Sequence record: DRR723986_5346
Length of the DNA: 20,000 nt
Direction: 5' to 3' (one strand)
Shown here: piece after piece, positions 1 through 8,137 of the stretch
How the letters are laid out: each line of letters begins with the position of its first letter
Numbering within the stretch: the first letter of the stretch is position 1
Notes under the pieces: generated by a model
The model's database searches: none
What the model was told of the DNA's origin: nothing
What the model saw: only the letters and a program-made list of their open reading frames with translations
Made by a program: the position numbers and the translations under genes

Positions 1-342
1 CAATTGCCTTTGGACGAAATTAAAACCGCAATTGTCCAGGCTGGTAAAACAAGGTTAAGACCAGTATTATTGACAGCGATCACAACCGTATTAGGATTGA
101 TTCCTTTGGCAGTTGGAATTAACATTGATTTTACCACCTTATTGACTGAGTATGACCCCAACTTTTACATAGGTGGAGACAATACCATGTTCTTTGGTCC
201 AATGTCATGGACGATTATATTTGGATTGACATTTGCCACCTTTTTGACCTTAATTATCATTCCTGTTATGTATTTATTATTCTACAGGTTTAAATTATGG
301 TTACACAAGTTGGCTGGATCACCAGTTAGATCTAATATTTAA
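1..342 (+). CDS. RND efflux transporter permease (AcrB/CusA family), C-terminal fragment running off the left edge
   Basis: Frame open from base 1 (CAA TTG CCT...). Contains the RND TM11-TM12 signature 'AGKTRLRPVLLTAITTVLGLIPLA...PMSWTIIFGLTFATFLTLIIIPVMY'. Stop TAA at 340-342. Confidence 0.9.
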   Translation, partial: QLPLDEIKTAIVQAGKTRLRPVLLTAITTVLGLIPLAVGINIDFTTLLTEYDPNFYIGGDNTMFFGPMSWTIIFGLTFATFLTLIIIPVMYLLFYRFKLWLHKLAGSPVRSNI

Positions 343-356
343 ATTTTGATAACAAT

Positions 357-386
357 AAAAAAGGCTGCATTTCTTGTAGCCTTTTT
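357..386. terminator. Bidirectional intrinsic terminator between the convergent RND and patatin genes
   Basis: AAAAAA-GGCTGCA-tttct-TGTAGCC-TTTTT: a stem with one G.U pair, flanked by A and T tracts. Confidence 0.8.
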
Positions 387-2673
387 ATTTAATTCCTTTT
401 CTGTTGAATAAAACGTAGCCAAAGCTAACCTGAAAGGTTAATGGATTAATGATAGATTCGCTGCCAATATAACTAACTGTTGCTCTTAAAGGCCCAATCG
501 GAGAATGATAGACCACAGAAGCTGACCCCATACCAAATCGATCTTCAAAGAAATTGCCATCTACAGCAGTACCATTCACATCTTTAATTCTAACGATTGG
601 TTGAAAGATATAAGCTTCAATTCTAATATCCACGTAATCCTTTATCGAGAAAACATTCATCAACCCACCTCCAAAATATTTATTGGATCTAAAATCATCA
701 TAAAAGGCCAGGTTGGCATCCGGAATTGGCGCAAAACTATGTGCAGATAAGATACTGGCTCTAAAATTCTGAAAATAAGGCTGAATAGAATAAACAGCTT
801 CCGTCATTATTCCTAAACGATAAACTCCTTTACGCATGAAATAATTAGTGTAATGTAATTTTAAAAAGCCCCAGTTCTTTACTGTATTCGTAGGAGTTTG
901 ATTCATAGAGGTAGAACCCGGTTCAGTTGTTTCAATTCCATGGACAAATCTGGCCTCCGCATGAAAATCATATCCGGCAGATGGAAATTGCTTTCTATTT
1001 AACGAATTCATTGAAAACTTTATTCCTGGAGAATAATAAAGAAACTTTGTGAAATCAGCCGTATCGGCGTTGGTGAAATCCTCAATTTGATAATAATCAT
1101 CTTCAGTTTTACCATTCGAAAAATCAACTGTGACTTTACTTTTAGAAGAGGTAGCAATATGATATTGTAAGGCCCAAAAAACTTCGTTTTGAACTATGTA
1201 TGAAGGTTTTACATCTTCAAAGAATGTAGCAAAACTTCTGAAATAATCCCATCTATTCATTACAAACATTGGCTCAATATATGACGTTGAAGGGGTAGGG
1301 AGGTAGAACTTTAAACCAGCCTTTACGGATCCATAAAACTTTCCAAAATAGGCATTCGCATAAACTGAGACTGGAGTCAGTTGAAAATCCGAATAGGAGA
1401 GACTTAAAAAACCGGTATTTACGGGTCTTGAAGAATAATGCCCCCCAAATGCCACCTTTAAAGGCTTTTCTTTTTTAATCGATAAAGACAACTTTTGTGT
1501 TGAATCATCTAAGAATTCCAGTGTTGGGAAAATTGAACGAATGTGTTCTGATTGATACAGCCTTAGATAACGCTTCTTAAGTTTGTTATAATCTAAAATT
1601 TCGTTTTTCTTAGTTTTTTGCAGTTTACTTTCAATATAATCTGCTTGTTCTTTTTTTACTCCATGACTTTCAATTTTTGATACTTTTAGTTCAGGTTTTT
1701 TAGCGTGATATTTTTTACGTAATTCTCCCTTTTCTTCAGCTGTTACTTCCCGGGTTACGAATTGTTTAATACTGTCAATTTTTGCTATTGTAGTGGCGTA
1801 CCCAATGTCAATTGCCTCTTTGATTTTATCAAATTCAAAAGTACCGATACTTGACATGTCTGGTTCAAGAATTATCCCCGATTCACAGGGTAAAGAATAG
1901 TCTGAATGGGTTGAAAACATATTTCTAACCTGAGACATCAGGTCGTCTTCAACTGGCGGCGGTTCATTATAGGAAACATTACTTCCTATAATATAGTCTG
2001 GGTCAAATTCGTTATACATATCTTCTGCGGGAAAGTTGTTATACAATCCTCCATCAAACATTAATATCCCATCTATTTCTATCGGATTGATAAAGAAGGG
2101 ATAGGTCATTGAAGCCCTAACAGATTGGTTTAAACTCCCTGACTTGAAAAGAATTGAACGTTTGGTAACAATATCAGAAGCAATACATCTAAAAGGAATA
2201 AATAAACTATCATAATTCTCATGAGCATTTTTTGGGTTTAATCCCAAAATGTGCATCATTTGAAGATCTAAAAAAGTCGGATTCAGAACGTTTGTCGCCA
2301 AGGCTTTCTGAAATATTGAATCTTTTGCTAATCGTAATGAAAAAAGACTCGCATCAGCCTCCGGAACTTCAATAAAATTTTTGAATTCATCTTCAATATC
2401 TCCTGAGGCAATGACTTCAAAAGATTCTGAAAGTACTAATCGTTCAATTTGTTCAGGTGAATATCCTGAAACATAAAGGGCGCCAATCATTGCTCCAGCT
2501 GAAGTACCCGTAATGTAATCTATCGGAATATTGTTTTCTTCAAGGGCTTTTAAAACGCCAATGTGTGCAAAACCAGTTGCCCCGCCGCCACTTAAAACAA
2601 GACCGACCCTTTGAGCATTAACTGAGAAGCTCAAGACAAAAAACAACAGAAATATGATAAACTTTCTTAGCAT
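385..2673 (-). CDS. Patatin-like phospholipase with signal peptide and probable C-terminal POTRA/beta-barrel (PlpD-like)
   Basis: Signal peptide (…SVNA|Q), oxyanion motif LSGGGATG, nucleophile GTSAG, catalytic DGG. The C-terminal ~350 aa have alternating aromatic/polar beta-strand character. Confidence 0.88.
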   Translation of the reverse strand: MLRKFIIFLLFFVLSFSVNAQRVGLVLSGGGATGFAHIGVLKALEENNIPIDYITGTSAGAMIGALYVSGYSPEQIERLVLSESFEVIASGDIEDEFKNFIEVPEADASLFSLRLAKDSIFQKALATNVLNPTFLDLQMMHILGLNPKNAHENYDSLFIPFRCIASDIVTKRSILFKSGSLNQSVRASMTYPFFINPIEIDGILMFDGGLYNNFPAEDMYNEFDPDYIIGSNVSYNEPPPVEDDLMSQVRNMFSTHSDYSLPCESGIILEPDMSSIGTFEFDKIKEAIDIGYATTIAKIDSIKQFVTREVTAEEKGELRKKYHAKKPELKVSKIESHGVKKEQADYIESKLQKTKKNEILDYNKLKKRYLRLYQSEHIRSIFPTLEFLDDSTQKLSLSIKKEKPLKVAFGGHYSSRPVNTGFLSLSYSDFQLTPVSVYANAYFGKFYGSVKAGLKFYLPTPSTSYIEPMFVMNRWDYFRSFATFFEDVKPSYIVQNEVFWALQYHIATSSKSKVTVDFSNGKTEDDYYQIEDFTNADTADFTKFLYYSPGIKFSMNSLNRKQFPSAGYDFHAEARFVHGIETTEPGSTSMNQTPTNTVKNWGFLKLHYTNYFMRKGVYRLGIMTEAVYSIQPYFQNFRASILSAHSFAPIPDANLAFYDDFRSNKYFGGGLMNVFSIKDYVDIRIEAYIFQPIVRIKDVNGTAVDGNFFEDRFGMGSASVVYHSPIGPLRATVSYIGSESIINPLTFQVSFGYVLFNRKGIK

Positions 2674-2678
2674 TTATT

Positions 2679-2686
2679 CAAATGTA
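2679..2686 (-). promoter_or_regulatory. Bacteroidota housekeeping -7 element (TACATTTG) for the patatin gene
   Basis: Exact TAnnTTTG on the minus strand with 5 nt between it and the ATG (2673). A TTG lies 19 nt upstream (2708-2706). Confidence 0.65.
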
Positions 2687-2734
2687 GCCATTCCAATCCA
2701 AACATCAATTGCAAGGATATCTCTATTCTAATCG

Positions 2735-2742
2735 TATCTTTG
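2735..2742 (+). promoter_or_regulatory. -7 element (TATCTTTG) for the methyltransferase-arfB operon
   Basis: Exact TAnnTTTG 14 nt before ATG 2757, which also supports 2757 rather than TTG 2709 as the start. Confidence 0.65.
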
Positions 2743-2756
2743 CCAAAAGATTTGGA

Positions 2757-3911
2757 ATGAAAATAGTAGCGAAAACGCTTTACGGTTTTGAGGAGGTATT
2801 AGCTAAGGAGTTAAAAGACCTAGGCGTTAAAAACACAAAAATTGGTAATCGAGTTGTTGAATTTGAAGGGGATAAAAGATTATTGTATAGCTGTAATTTA
2901 TGGCTAAGAACCGCTATTTCATTGCTTGTTCCGATTAAAAAATTCAATTTCAGAGATGAAAGCGATCTGAAAAGAGAGTTTTCGAAATTGAACTTTAATC
3001 AATACATGTCGAGTAATAAAACCTTTGCAGTAAAAGGTGCTGTTAACTCTAAAGAATTCAATTATACTAAATATCCCATGTTGTTATTGAAAGATGCCAT
3101 TGCAGATTTTTTTAATGACAAGTATGGAAAACGTCCTAGTGTAGATACGAAGAGTCCCAATGTGGTTTTTGATATCCATATTTCTGACTATGAGTGTACC
3201 ATTTCAATTAATAGCTCTGGAGCACCGTTGTTTCAAAGAGGGTACCGTAAAGGTACTGGTCTAGCACCTTTGAATGAAGTCGTAGCGGCTGGCTTGTTGT
3301 ATCTTTCTGGTTGGGATCAAAAATCGAATTTAATTGATGTTTTTTGTGGATCGGGAACAATTCCGATTGAGGCCGCTTTAATGGCCAACGGAATGCCTCC
3401 AAATATTGCCCGAAAATATTATTCATTCCAGTACTGGCCTGATTATGATCAACAGTTATGGAAAGAGATTTATGATGCAGCTCCGAAAATTCCAAAAAGA
3501 GATTTAGGATTTCAGATCATTGGATCAGATACTGATGGAGATGTGATATTAAAGGCAAGAGAAAATGTAAAAGCATTGCCTTTAAGTAAAACGGTATCTT
3601 TTGAAGTAAAAGATTTTAAAGATGTAAAGGCGCCTGAAGGTGGGACTTTAATTTCAAATCCACCTTATGGTGAACGAATGGACGATTATGCTATTTGGGA
3701 TTTGTATAAAGAATTAGGTGATTATTTTAAATTGAATTTGCCTGGATACAATTGTTGGGTGCTGAGCTCAAATTTTGATGCTTTTAAGCGAATTGAATTA
3801 AAGCCTTCTAAGAAGATTCAAGTTTATAATGGCTCATTGAGTTGTGATTTTAGAAAATATGAAATTTTTAAAGGATCATTGGTGGAGCATAAGTATGGCG
3901 AGAAGAAATGA
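2757..3911 (+). CDS. THUMP-domain class I SAM-dependent rRNA methyltransferase (stand-alone RlmL/YpsC-like)
   Basis: N-terminus 'MKIVAKTLYGFEEVLAKEL', THUMP region, 'LFQRGYR…APLNE', SAM motif 'DVFCGSGTIPIEAA', amino-methyltransferase 'NPPY'. Start moved to ATG 2757. Confidence 0.88.
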   Translation: MKIVAKTLYGFEEVLAKELKDLGVKNTKIGNRVVEFEGDKRLLYSCNLWLRTAISLLVPIKKFNFRDESDLKREFSKLNFNQYMSSNKTFAVKGAVNSKEFNYTKYPMLLLKDAIADFFNDKYGKRPSVDTKSPNVVFDIHISDYECTISINSSGAPLFQRGYRKGTGLAPLNEVVAAGLLYLSGWDQKSNLIDVFCGSGTIPIEAALMANGMPPNIARKYYSFQYWPDYDQQLWKEIYDAAPKIPKRDLGFQIIGSDTDGDVILKARENVKALPLSKTVSFEVKDFKDVKAPEGGTLISNPPYGERMDDYAIWDLYKELGDYFKLNLPGYNCWVLSSNFDAFKRIELKPSKKIQVYNGSLSCDFRKYEIFKGSLVEHKYGEKK

Positions 3912-4330
3912 ATCACTCGCTCAAATATCTGAAGAGCGAACTATTAGCTGAAATAAAATTTGAAACCTCCAGAAGTGGAGGTAAAGGAGGACAAAATGTA
4001 AATAAGGTTGAAACTAAGGTAGACGCCCTATTTGACATTGAAGCTTCAAACTTGTTTGATTTCAGTCAAAAAGAAAAACTAAAACGCAATTTAAATTCAC
4101 GTATTTCGGATGGAATTCTGCGATTGTCTTGTCAAGAAAGTCGCTCACAATTGCGGAACAAGGAATTGGTGATTGAGAGGCTCATCAATTTATTAGAAGA
4201 AGCGCTTAAAGTGAGGAAAAAACGCATTCCCACTAAAATTTCTCCAGCTAAGAAGAAGGCAAGACTAAAAGCCAAGAAAATCCAAAAAACAAAAAAAGAG
4301 CTCAGAAAAAAGCCACGAAAGGAAGAATAG
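3908..4330 (+). CDS. arfB: Alternative ribosome rescue peptidyl-tRNA hydrolase ArfB (YaeJ)
   Basis: 'RSGGKGGQNVNKVETKV' GGQ motif, 'SRSQLRNK', long basic C-terminal tail. ATGA overlap with the upstream stop. Confidence 0.93.
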   Translation: MNHSLKYLKSELLAEIKFETSRSGGKGGQNVNKVETKVDALFDIEASNLFDFSQKEKLKRNLNSRISDGILRLSCQESRSQLRNKELVIERLINLLEEALKVRKKRIPTKISPAKKKARLKAKKIQKTKKELRKKPRKEE

Positions 4331-4345
4331 CTTGAGTTTTCAAGT

Positions 4346-4440
4346 TAGAACCTAGAGCCTAGAATCAAGAATCAAGAATCAAGAACCAAGAATCTAGAAT
4401 CTAGATTCTATACTCTAAACTCTCTATACTCTAGAATCTA
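4346..4440. repeat. Degenerate heptamer tandem repeat (consensus WAGAATC), ~13 units
   Basis: TAGAACC TAGAGCC TAGAATC AAGAATC AAGAATC AAGAACC AAGAATC TAGAATC TAGATTC TATACTC TAAACTC tc TATACTC TAGAATC ta. It fills most of the gap between the convergent arfB and RluA genes. Confidence 0.9.
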
Positions 4441-5124
4441 ACGAACAGCTGCTAAAAAATAATCCCAAATCGGATCTTTTGGCGGCGGCGCAACAATACA
4501 CACGGGCTCTTTTTTGACAGGATGTTCAAATTCAACTTTACGTGCCAATAAATGAATAGATGCATCCTTATTAGAGCGTCTTGCTCCATATTTGACGTCT
4601 CCTTTAATAATCGCGCCAGCTTGAGATAATTGCACCCTGATTTGATGATGACGTCCCGTTTTAGGTTTGACTTCTACCAAGAAAAAATTGTCTGATTTTG
4701 CTAAACATTGATAATCCAATTCAGCCAATTTACCATCATTTTGAGTGACATAACTCTTATTCTGCTTCTCGTTTTTTTTCAGCTGATGAATAAGCTTGCC
4801 GGTAGAAGGTTGCGGTTCTTTCTCTGTTACCGCCCAATAAGTTTTTTGCACCTTTTTATCCGCAAATAACTTGTTCATTCTACTCAATGCTTTAGAAGTT
4901 CGAGCAAAAATCACGATCCCTGAAGTGGGTCTGTCTAAACGGTGAACAGTTCCAAGAAATACGTCTCCTGGTTTATCGTACTTTTTTTTAATGTACGCTT
5001 TCACGTAATCACTTAAAGGGGCATCTCCAGTTTTATCGCCTTGAACAATGTCACCAGATTTTTTATTGACAACAATTAAATGATTGTCTTCAAACAATAC
5101 TTCTAAAGGTCTAGTATTGCTCAT
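4438..5124 (-). CDS. RluA-family pseudouridine synthase (no S4 domain)
   Basis: '[15 protein letters not shown]', catalytic 'HRLDRPTSG', '[13 protein letters not shown]', 'GDVKYG'. 14-bp overlap with panB. Confidence 0.92.
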   Translation of the reverse strand: MSNTRPLEVLFEDNHLIVVNKKSGDIVQGDKTGDAPLSDYVKAYIKKKYDKPGDVFLGTVHRLDRPTSGIVIFARTSKALSRMNKLFADKKVQKTYWAVTEKEPQPSTGKLIHQLKKNEKQNKSYVTQNDGKLAELDYQCLAKSDNFFLVEVKPKTGRHHQIRVQLSQAGAIIKGDVKYGARRSNKDASIHLLARKVEFEHPVKKEPVCIVAPPPKDPIWDYFLAAVR

Positions 5125-5926
5125 CTTCGTTTGGGAAATCTCCAGATCTTACATCCTTGATGTACTTTTGAAACGAATTGAACATTTCATCATATAAATT
5201 ATGGTACTTTCTTAAAAATCGTGGATTGAATTCGTTGTTGATTCCCAACATATCATGGCTTACCAATACTTGCCCATCAACTCCATTACCTGCACCAATT
5301 CCAATCACCGGAATAGCTAATTCTTTTGCAACTCTTGCGCCTAAAGCAGCCGGAATTTTTTCAAGGATTAAGGCGAAACATCCGGCATCTTCTAACAATT
5401 TAGCATCTTCTATTAGTCGCTCTGCTTCTTCCTCTTCCTTAGCCCTAACGGTGTATGTTCCGAATTTGTAGATAGATTGTGGCGTCAATCCTAAATGACC
5501 CATTACTGGTATCCCTGCGGTTAAAATTCGTTGAATAGATTCCAATACTTCTTTTCCTCCTTCAAGTTTTACCGAATGGCCGCCGGTTTCTTTCATGATT
5601 CTAATGGCAGATGTCAAGGCTTCTTTAGAGTTTCCTTGATAAGATCCAAAAGGCAAATCAACTACAATCAAAGCTCTTTCAACAGCTCTAACCACAGAAG
5701 CAGCATGATAAATCATCTCATTCAATGTAATCGGCAAGGTAGTTTCGTGTCCGGCCATTACATTTGACGCAGAATCACCTACGAGTATGATGTCTACGCC
5801 TGCACTATCAAGTATGCGAGCCATAGAATAATCATAGCCGGTTAACATTGAAATGCGCTCACCATTTGATTTCATCTCTTGCAAGACATGTGTGGTGATT
5901 CTCTTTACGTTTTTATGTACTGACAT
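5111..5926 (-). CDS. panB: 3-methyl-2-oxobutanoate hydroxymethyltransferase
   Basis: '[10 protein letters not shown]', 'ILVGDS', 'DLPFGSY', 'VKLEGG', '[11 protein letters not shown]', 'IGIGAG…[12 protein letters not shown]'. Confidence 0.97.
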   Translation of the reverse strand: MSVHKNVKRITTHVLQEMKSNGERISMLTGYDYSMARILDSAGVDIILVGDSASNVMAGHETTLPITLNEMIYHAASVVRAVERALIVVDLPFGSYQGNSKEALTSAIRIMKETGGHSVKLEGGKEVLESIQRILTAGIPVMGHLGLTPQSIYKFGTYTVRAKEEEEAERLIEDAKLLEDAGCFALILEKIPAALGARVAKELAIPVIGIGAGNGVDGQVLVSHDMLGINNEFNPRFLRKYHNLYDEMFNSFQKYIKDVRSGDFPNEDEQY

Positions 5927-5948
5927 TTGCTTTCAGAATAATGTTTGC

Positions 5949-5956
5949 CAAAAATA
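5949..5956 (-). promoter_or_regulatory. -7 element (TATTTTTG) for the panB-RluA operon
   Basis: Exact TAnnTTTG on the minus strand, 22 nt before the panB ATG. Confidence 0.6.
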
Positions 5957-6011
5957 GGTATAATTTAAGTGTGGAATTTGAAAGTAGATTAAAAATTAGC
6001 CGTCAAATCAG

Positions 6012-6019
6012 TATATTTG
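6012..6019 (+). promoter_or_regulatory. -7 element (TATATTTG) for the CoA-binding/lipoprotein/GH113 unit
   Basis: Exact TAnnTTTG with only 4 nt between it and ATG 6024. Confidence 0.6.
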
Positions 6020-6023
6020 AGAT

Positions 6024-6407
6024 ATGTCACAAAATGTACTGGTATTAGGCGCAAGCCATAAGAAAGAAAGATATTCTAATATGGCGGTTAGAATGCTATT
6101 AGATTATCATCATCAAGTTTTTGCTAGAGGAAATAAATCAGGATTCATTGAATCAGCAGAAGTGGTGACAGAAAATAAACCTTTTGATGACATTGATACC
6201 ATTACGCTTTATTTAAACCCAACGAACCAAAAAGTGTTTTATGAATACATTTTAAGTTTAAAACCTAAGCGCGTTATTTTCAATCCGGGTACCGAAAATA
6301 AAGAGCTGCAGCAGCATCTTTCAGAAAATGGAATACTATTTGAAGAGGCATGTACCTTAGTGTTGTTAAGAACAAATCAATTTGAACTTGAAAATTCTAT
6401 ATTTTAA
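6024..6407 (+). CDS. CoA-binding protein (YccU-like Rossmann fold)
   Basis: 'VLVLGASHKKERYSNMA', 'IDTITLYLNP', 'PKRVIFNPGTEN', 'ACTLVLL'. Confidence 0.88.
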   Translation: MSQNVLVLGASHKKERYSNMAVRMLLDYHHQVFARGNKSGFIESAEVVTENKPFDDIDTITLYLNPTNQKVFYEYILSLKPKRVIFNPGTENKELQQHLSENGILFEEACTLVLLRTNQFELENSIF

Positions 6408-7157
6408 ATGATGAAAACTAAGCATATTCTTGCAGTACTTTTTGTAGGCTTTGCATTTGTATCCTGTAAAAAAATAAATAGAGAAAAATTAAGTGAGTAT
6501 TCTGCAGCTCACCCAGTTTCTCAAGAGTGGTTAATAGCCTGTGCTGTTGGTAATGAAGATGGATATAGAGGGGAGGATACTGAGCCAATAGAGGTGTTTT
6601 TCTATCCTGAAGATGAGGCAAGAAGTTTCAGGTATTTTAAAACAAAAAACTTAGAAGCAGATCCAAACGATTTTTCACAATACAAAGAAATTAAGGAATT
6701 AAAGTCTGAAGAAGTGTTTAATGGAGCATTGCGTAAATTCAAAGTGGATGAAAAAAAGGAACATTGGGGAATAGTTACTTATTTGGTAGCTGATTCATTA
6801 AGAATTTCAGATCCAATAAAAATCCAACATGTCAGTAGAAAAACAGAGAAAGATGAAAACCTGGTGACTTATGTCGCGGATGGAGTCAATCCTCAGTTTA
6901 GTTGGGTAGATGGTACTTATGCTGAGAATGTGATTTATTTTCAGGTCATTTCTTCGTTAGATGGAGACCTCATTAGTGGAACATATACAGAGGATAAGTT
7001 TTTTCAATTTTACGATTTATCAAATGTGGTGATCAATATAACGCCAACATTTAATCCAACATTAACGAGTAAACAAACCTTCAATTTTACTTTGATGTCG
7101 GTAAGTGAAGATAATTGGGTAAATGTGGCTGTGAATAAGGAGTTCAATACCCAATGA
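6408..7157 (+). CDS. Hypothetical lipoprotein
   Basis: 249-aa ORF (start 6408 or 6411) with a basic N-terminus, hydrophobic stretch and lipobox FVS-C. Abuts the upstream stop and overlaps the GH113 start (ATGA). Confidence 0.75.
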   Translation: MMKTKHILAVLFVGFAFVSCKKINREKLSEYSAAHPVSQEWLIACAVGNEDGYRGEDTEPIEVFFYPEDEARSFRYFKTKNLEADPNDFSQYKEIKELKSEEVFNGALRKFKVDEKKEHWGIVTYLVADSLRISDPIKIQHVSRKTEKDENLVTYVADGVNPQFSWVDGTYAENVIYFQVISSLDGDLISGTYTEDKFFQFYDLSNVVINITPTFNPTLTSKQTFNFTLMSVSEDNWVNVAVNKEFNTQ

Positions 7158-8137
7158 GATATTTAATTATTCTACTTCTTTTATTAACCCAATTGAGCTT
7201 TGCGGGTGATAACATCATTTTTAAAGGTGTATCTTTTTCTGCTGCAAATAAGGTGACTACCTCCAAAGACATCAAACCAATTGCATCAATCAATGCGAAT
7301 TGGATTTCAATTGTTCCATACGGTTTTCTGAAAGACAATGCCATTACATTCGATTCAAAATATCAATGGGTCGGTGAACGTCCAGAGGCAATTAGAGCCT
7401 GTGTTAAATTGGCTAAAGCGGAAGGATTAAAAGTGATGATCAAACCACATATTTGGATTGGTCACGGAACATATACCGGCCATTATTCTTGCGCAACTGA
7501 AGAAGAATGGAAAAGTTTTGAAAAAAGCTATAAGGCCTATATTTTAGCTTTTGTAAAAATTGCTGAGGAAGAAAAAGTTGAGTTGTTTTCTATTGGAACA
7601 GAGTGGGGGAAGTTTGTGGAAATGCGACCGCAATTCTGGAAATCTTTGATTAAGGATATTCGCAAAATTTACTCAGGCAAATTAATTTACGCAGCCAACT
7701 GGGACGATTATCAAAAGGTAAGTTTTTGGAAGGAGTTGGATTATATCGGAATCGACTCTTATTTTCCGTTAAGTTTAGAAGCAAATCCAAAATTGGGAGA
7801 ATTGATTAAATCATGGAAAACAATTATACCAATCATTGAGCAGTATGCGAGTTCGCACAAAAAAAAGGTTGTGTTTACTGAGTTTGGCTTTAAAAGCACA
7901 ACTCAGGCCACTGTTTCACCATGGGAGCACACTGATGCAGGTGATTTTTCTGAAAAGATTCAGGATTTAGCGTTTAAATCATTTTTTCAAACTATTTGGA
8001 ATAAGCCTTGGTTCACCGGAGGTTTTATCTGGAAGTGGTATCATGACCACGAGCACGCTGGAGGGAGAGGGGATACAGATTTTACTCCTCAAAATAAACT
8101 TGCTCAAGAAACTATTACCAAGTATTTTGGTCAATAA
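7154..8137 (+). CDS. Secreted glycoside hydrolase, GH113-like TIM barrel
   Basis: Signal peptide (…SFA|G), 'GLKVMIKPHIW', putative acid/base 'FSIGTE', 'YAANWD', 'IGIDSYFPL', putative nucleophile 'FTEFG', 'GGFIWKW', 'FTPQNK'. Confidence 0.82.
   Translation: MRYLIILLLLLTQLSFAGDNIIFKGVSFSAANKVTTSKDIKPIASINANWISIVPYGFLKDNAITFDSKYQWVGERPEAIRACVKLAKAEGLKVMIKPHIWIGHGTYTGHYSCATEEEWKSFEKSYKAYILAFVKIAEEEKVELFSIGTEWGKFVEMRPQFWKSLIKDIRKIYSGKLIYAANWDDYQKVSFWKELDYIGIDSYFPLSLEANPKLGELIKSWKTIIPIIEQYASSHKKKVVFTEFGFKSTTQATVSPWEHTDAGDFSEKIQDLAFKSFFQTIWNKPWFTGGFIWKWYHDHEHAGGRGDTDFTPQNKLAQETITKYFGQ

Noticed and set aside
2709-2756. TTG-initiated N-terminal extension of the methyltransferase
   Set aside because: It spans the TAnnTTTG promoter element, and family-like sequence begins at ATG 2757.
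3208-3495. 95-aa minus-strand ORF
   Set aside because: Antisense shadow inside the methyltransferase gene with no recognisable motif.
4346-4440. Possible CRISPR array
   Set aside because: Period is 7 nt, with no unique spacers and no cas genes.
5178-5767. Two plus-strand ORFs (97 and 78 aa)
   Set aside because: Antisense shadows of panB.
6418-7344. Minus-strand ORFs of 67 and 66 aa
   Set aside because: Antisense to the lipoprotein and GH113 genes, with no motifs.
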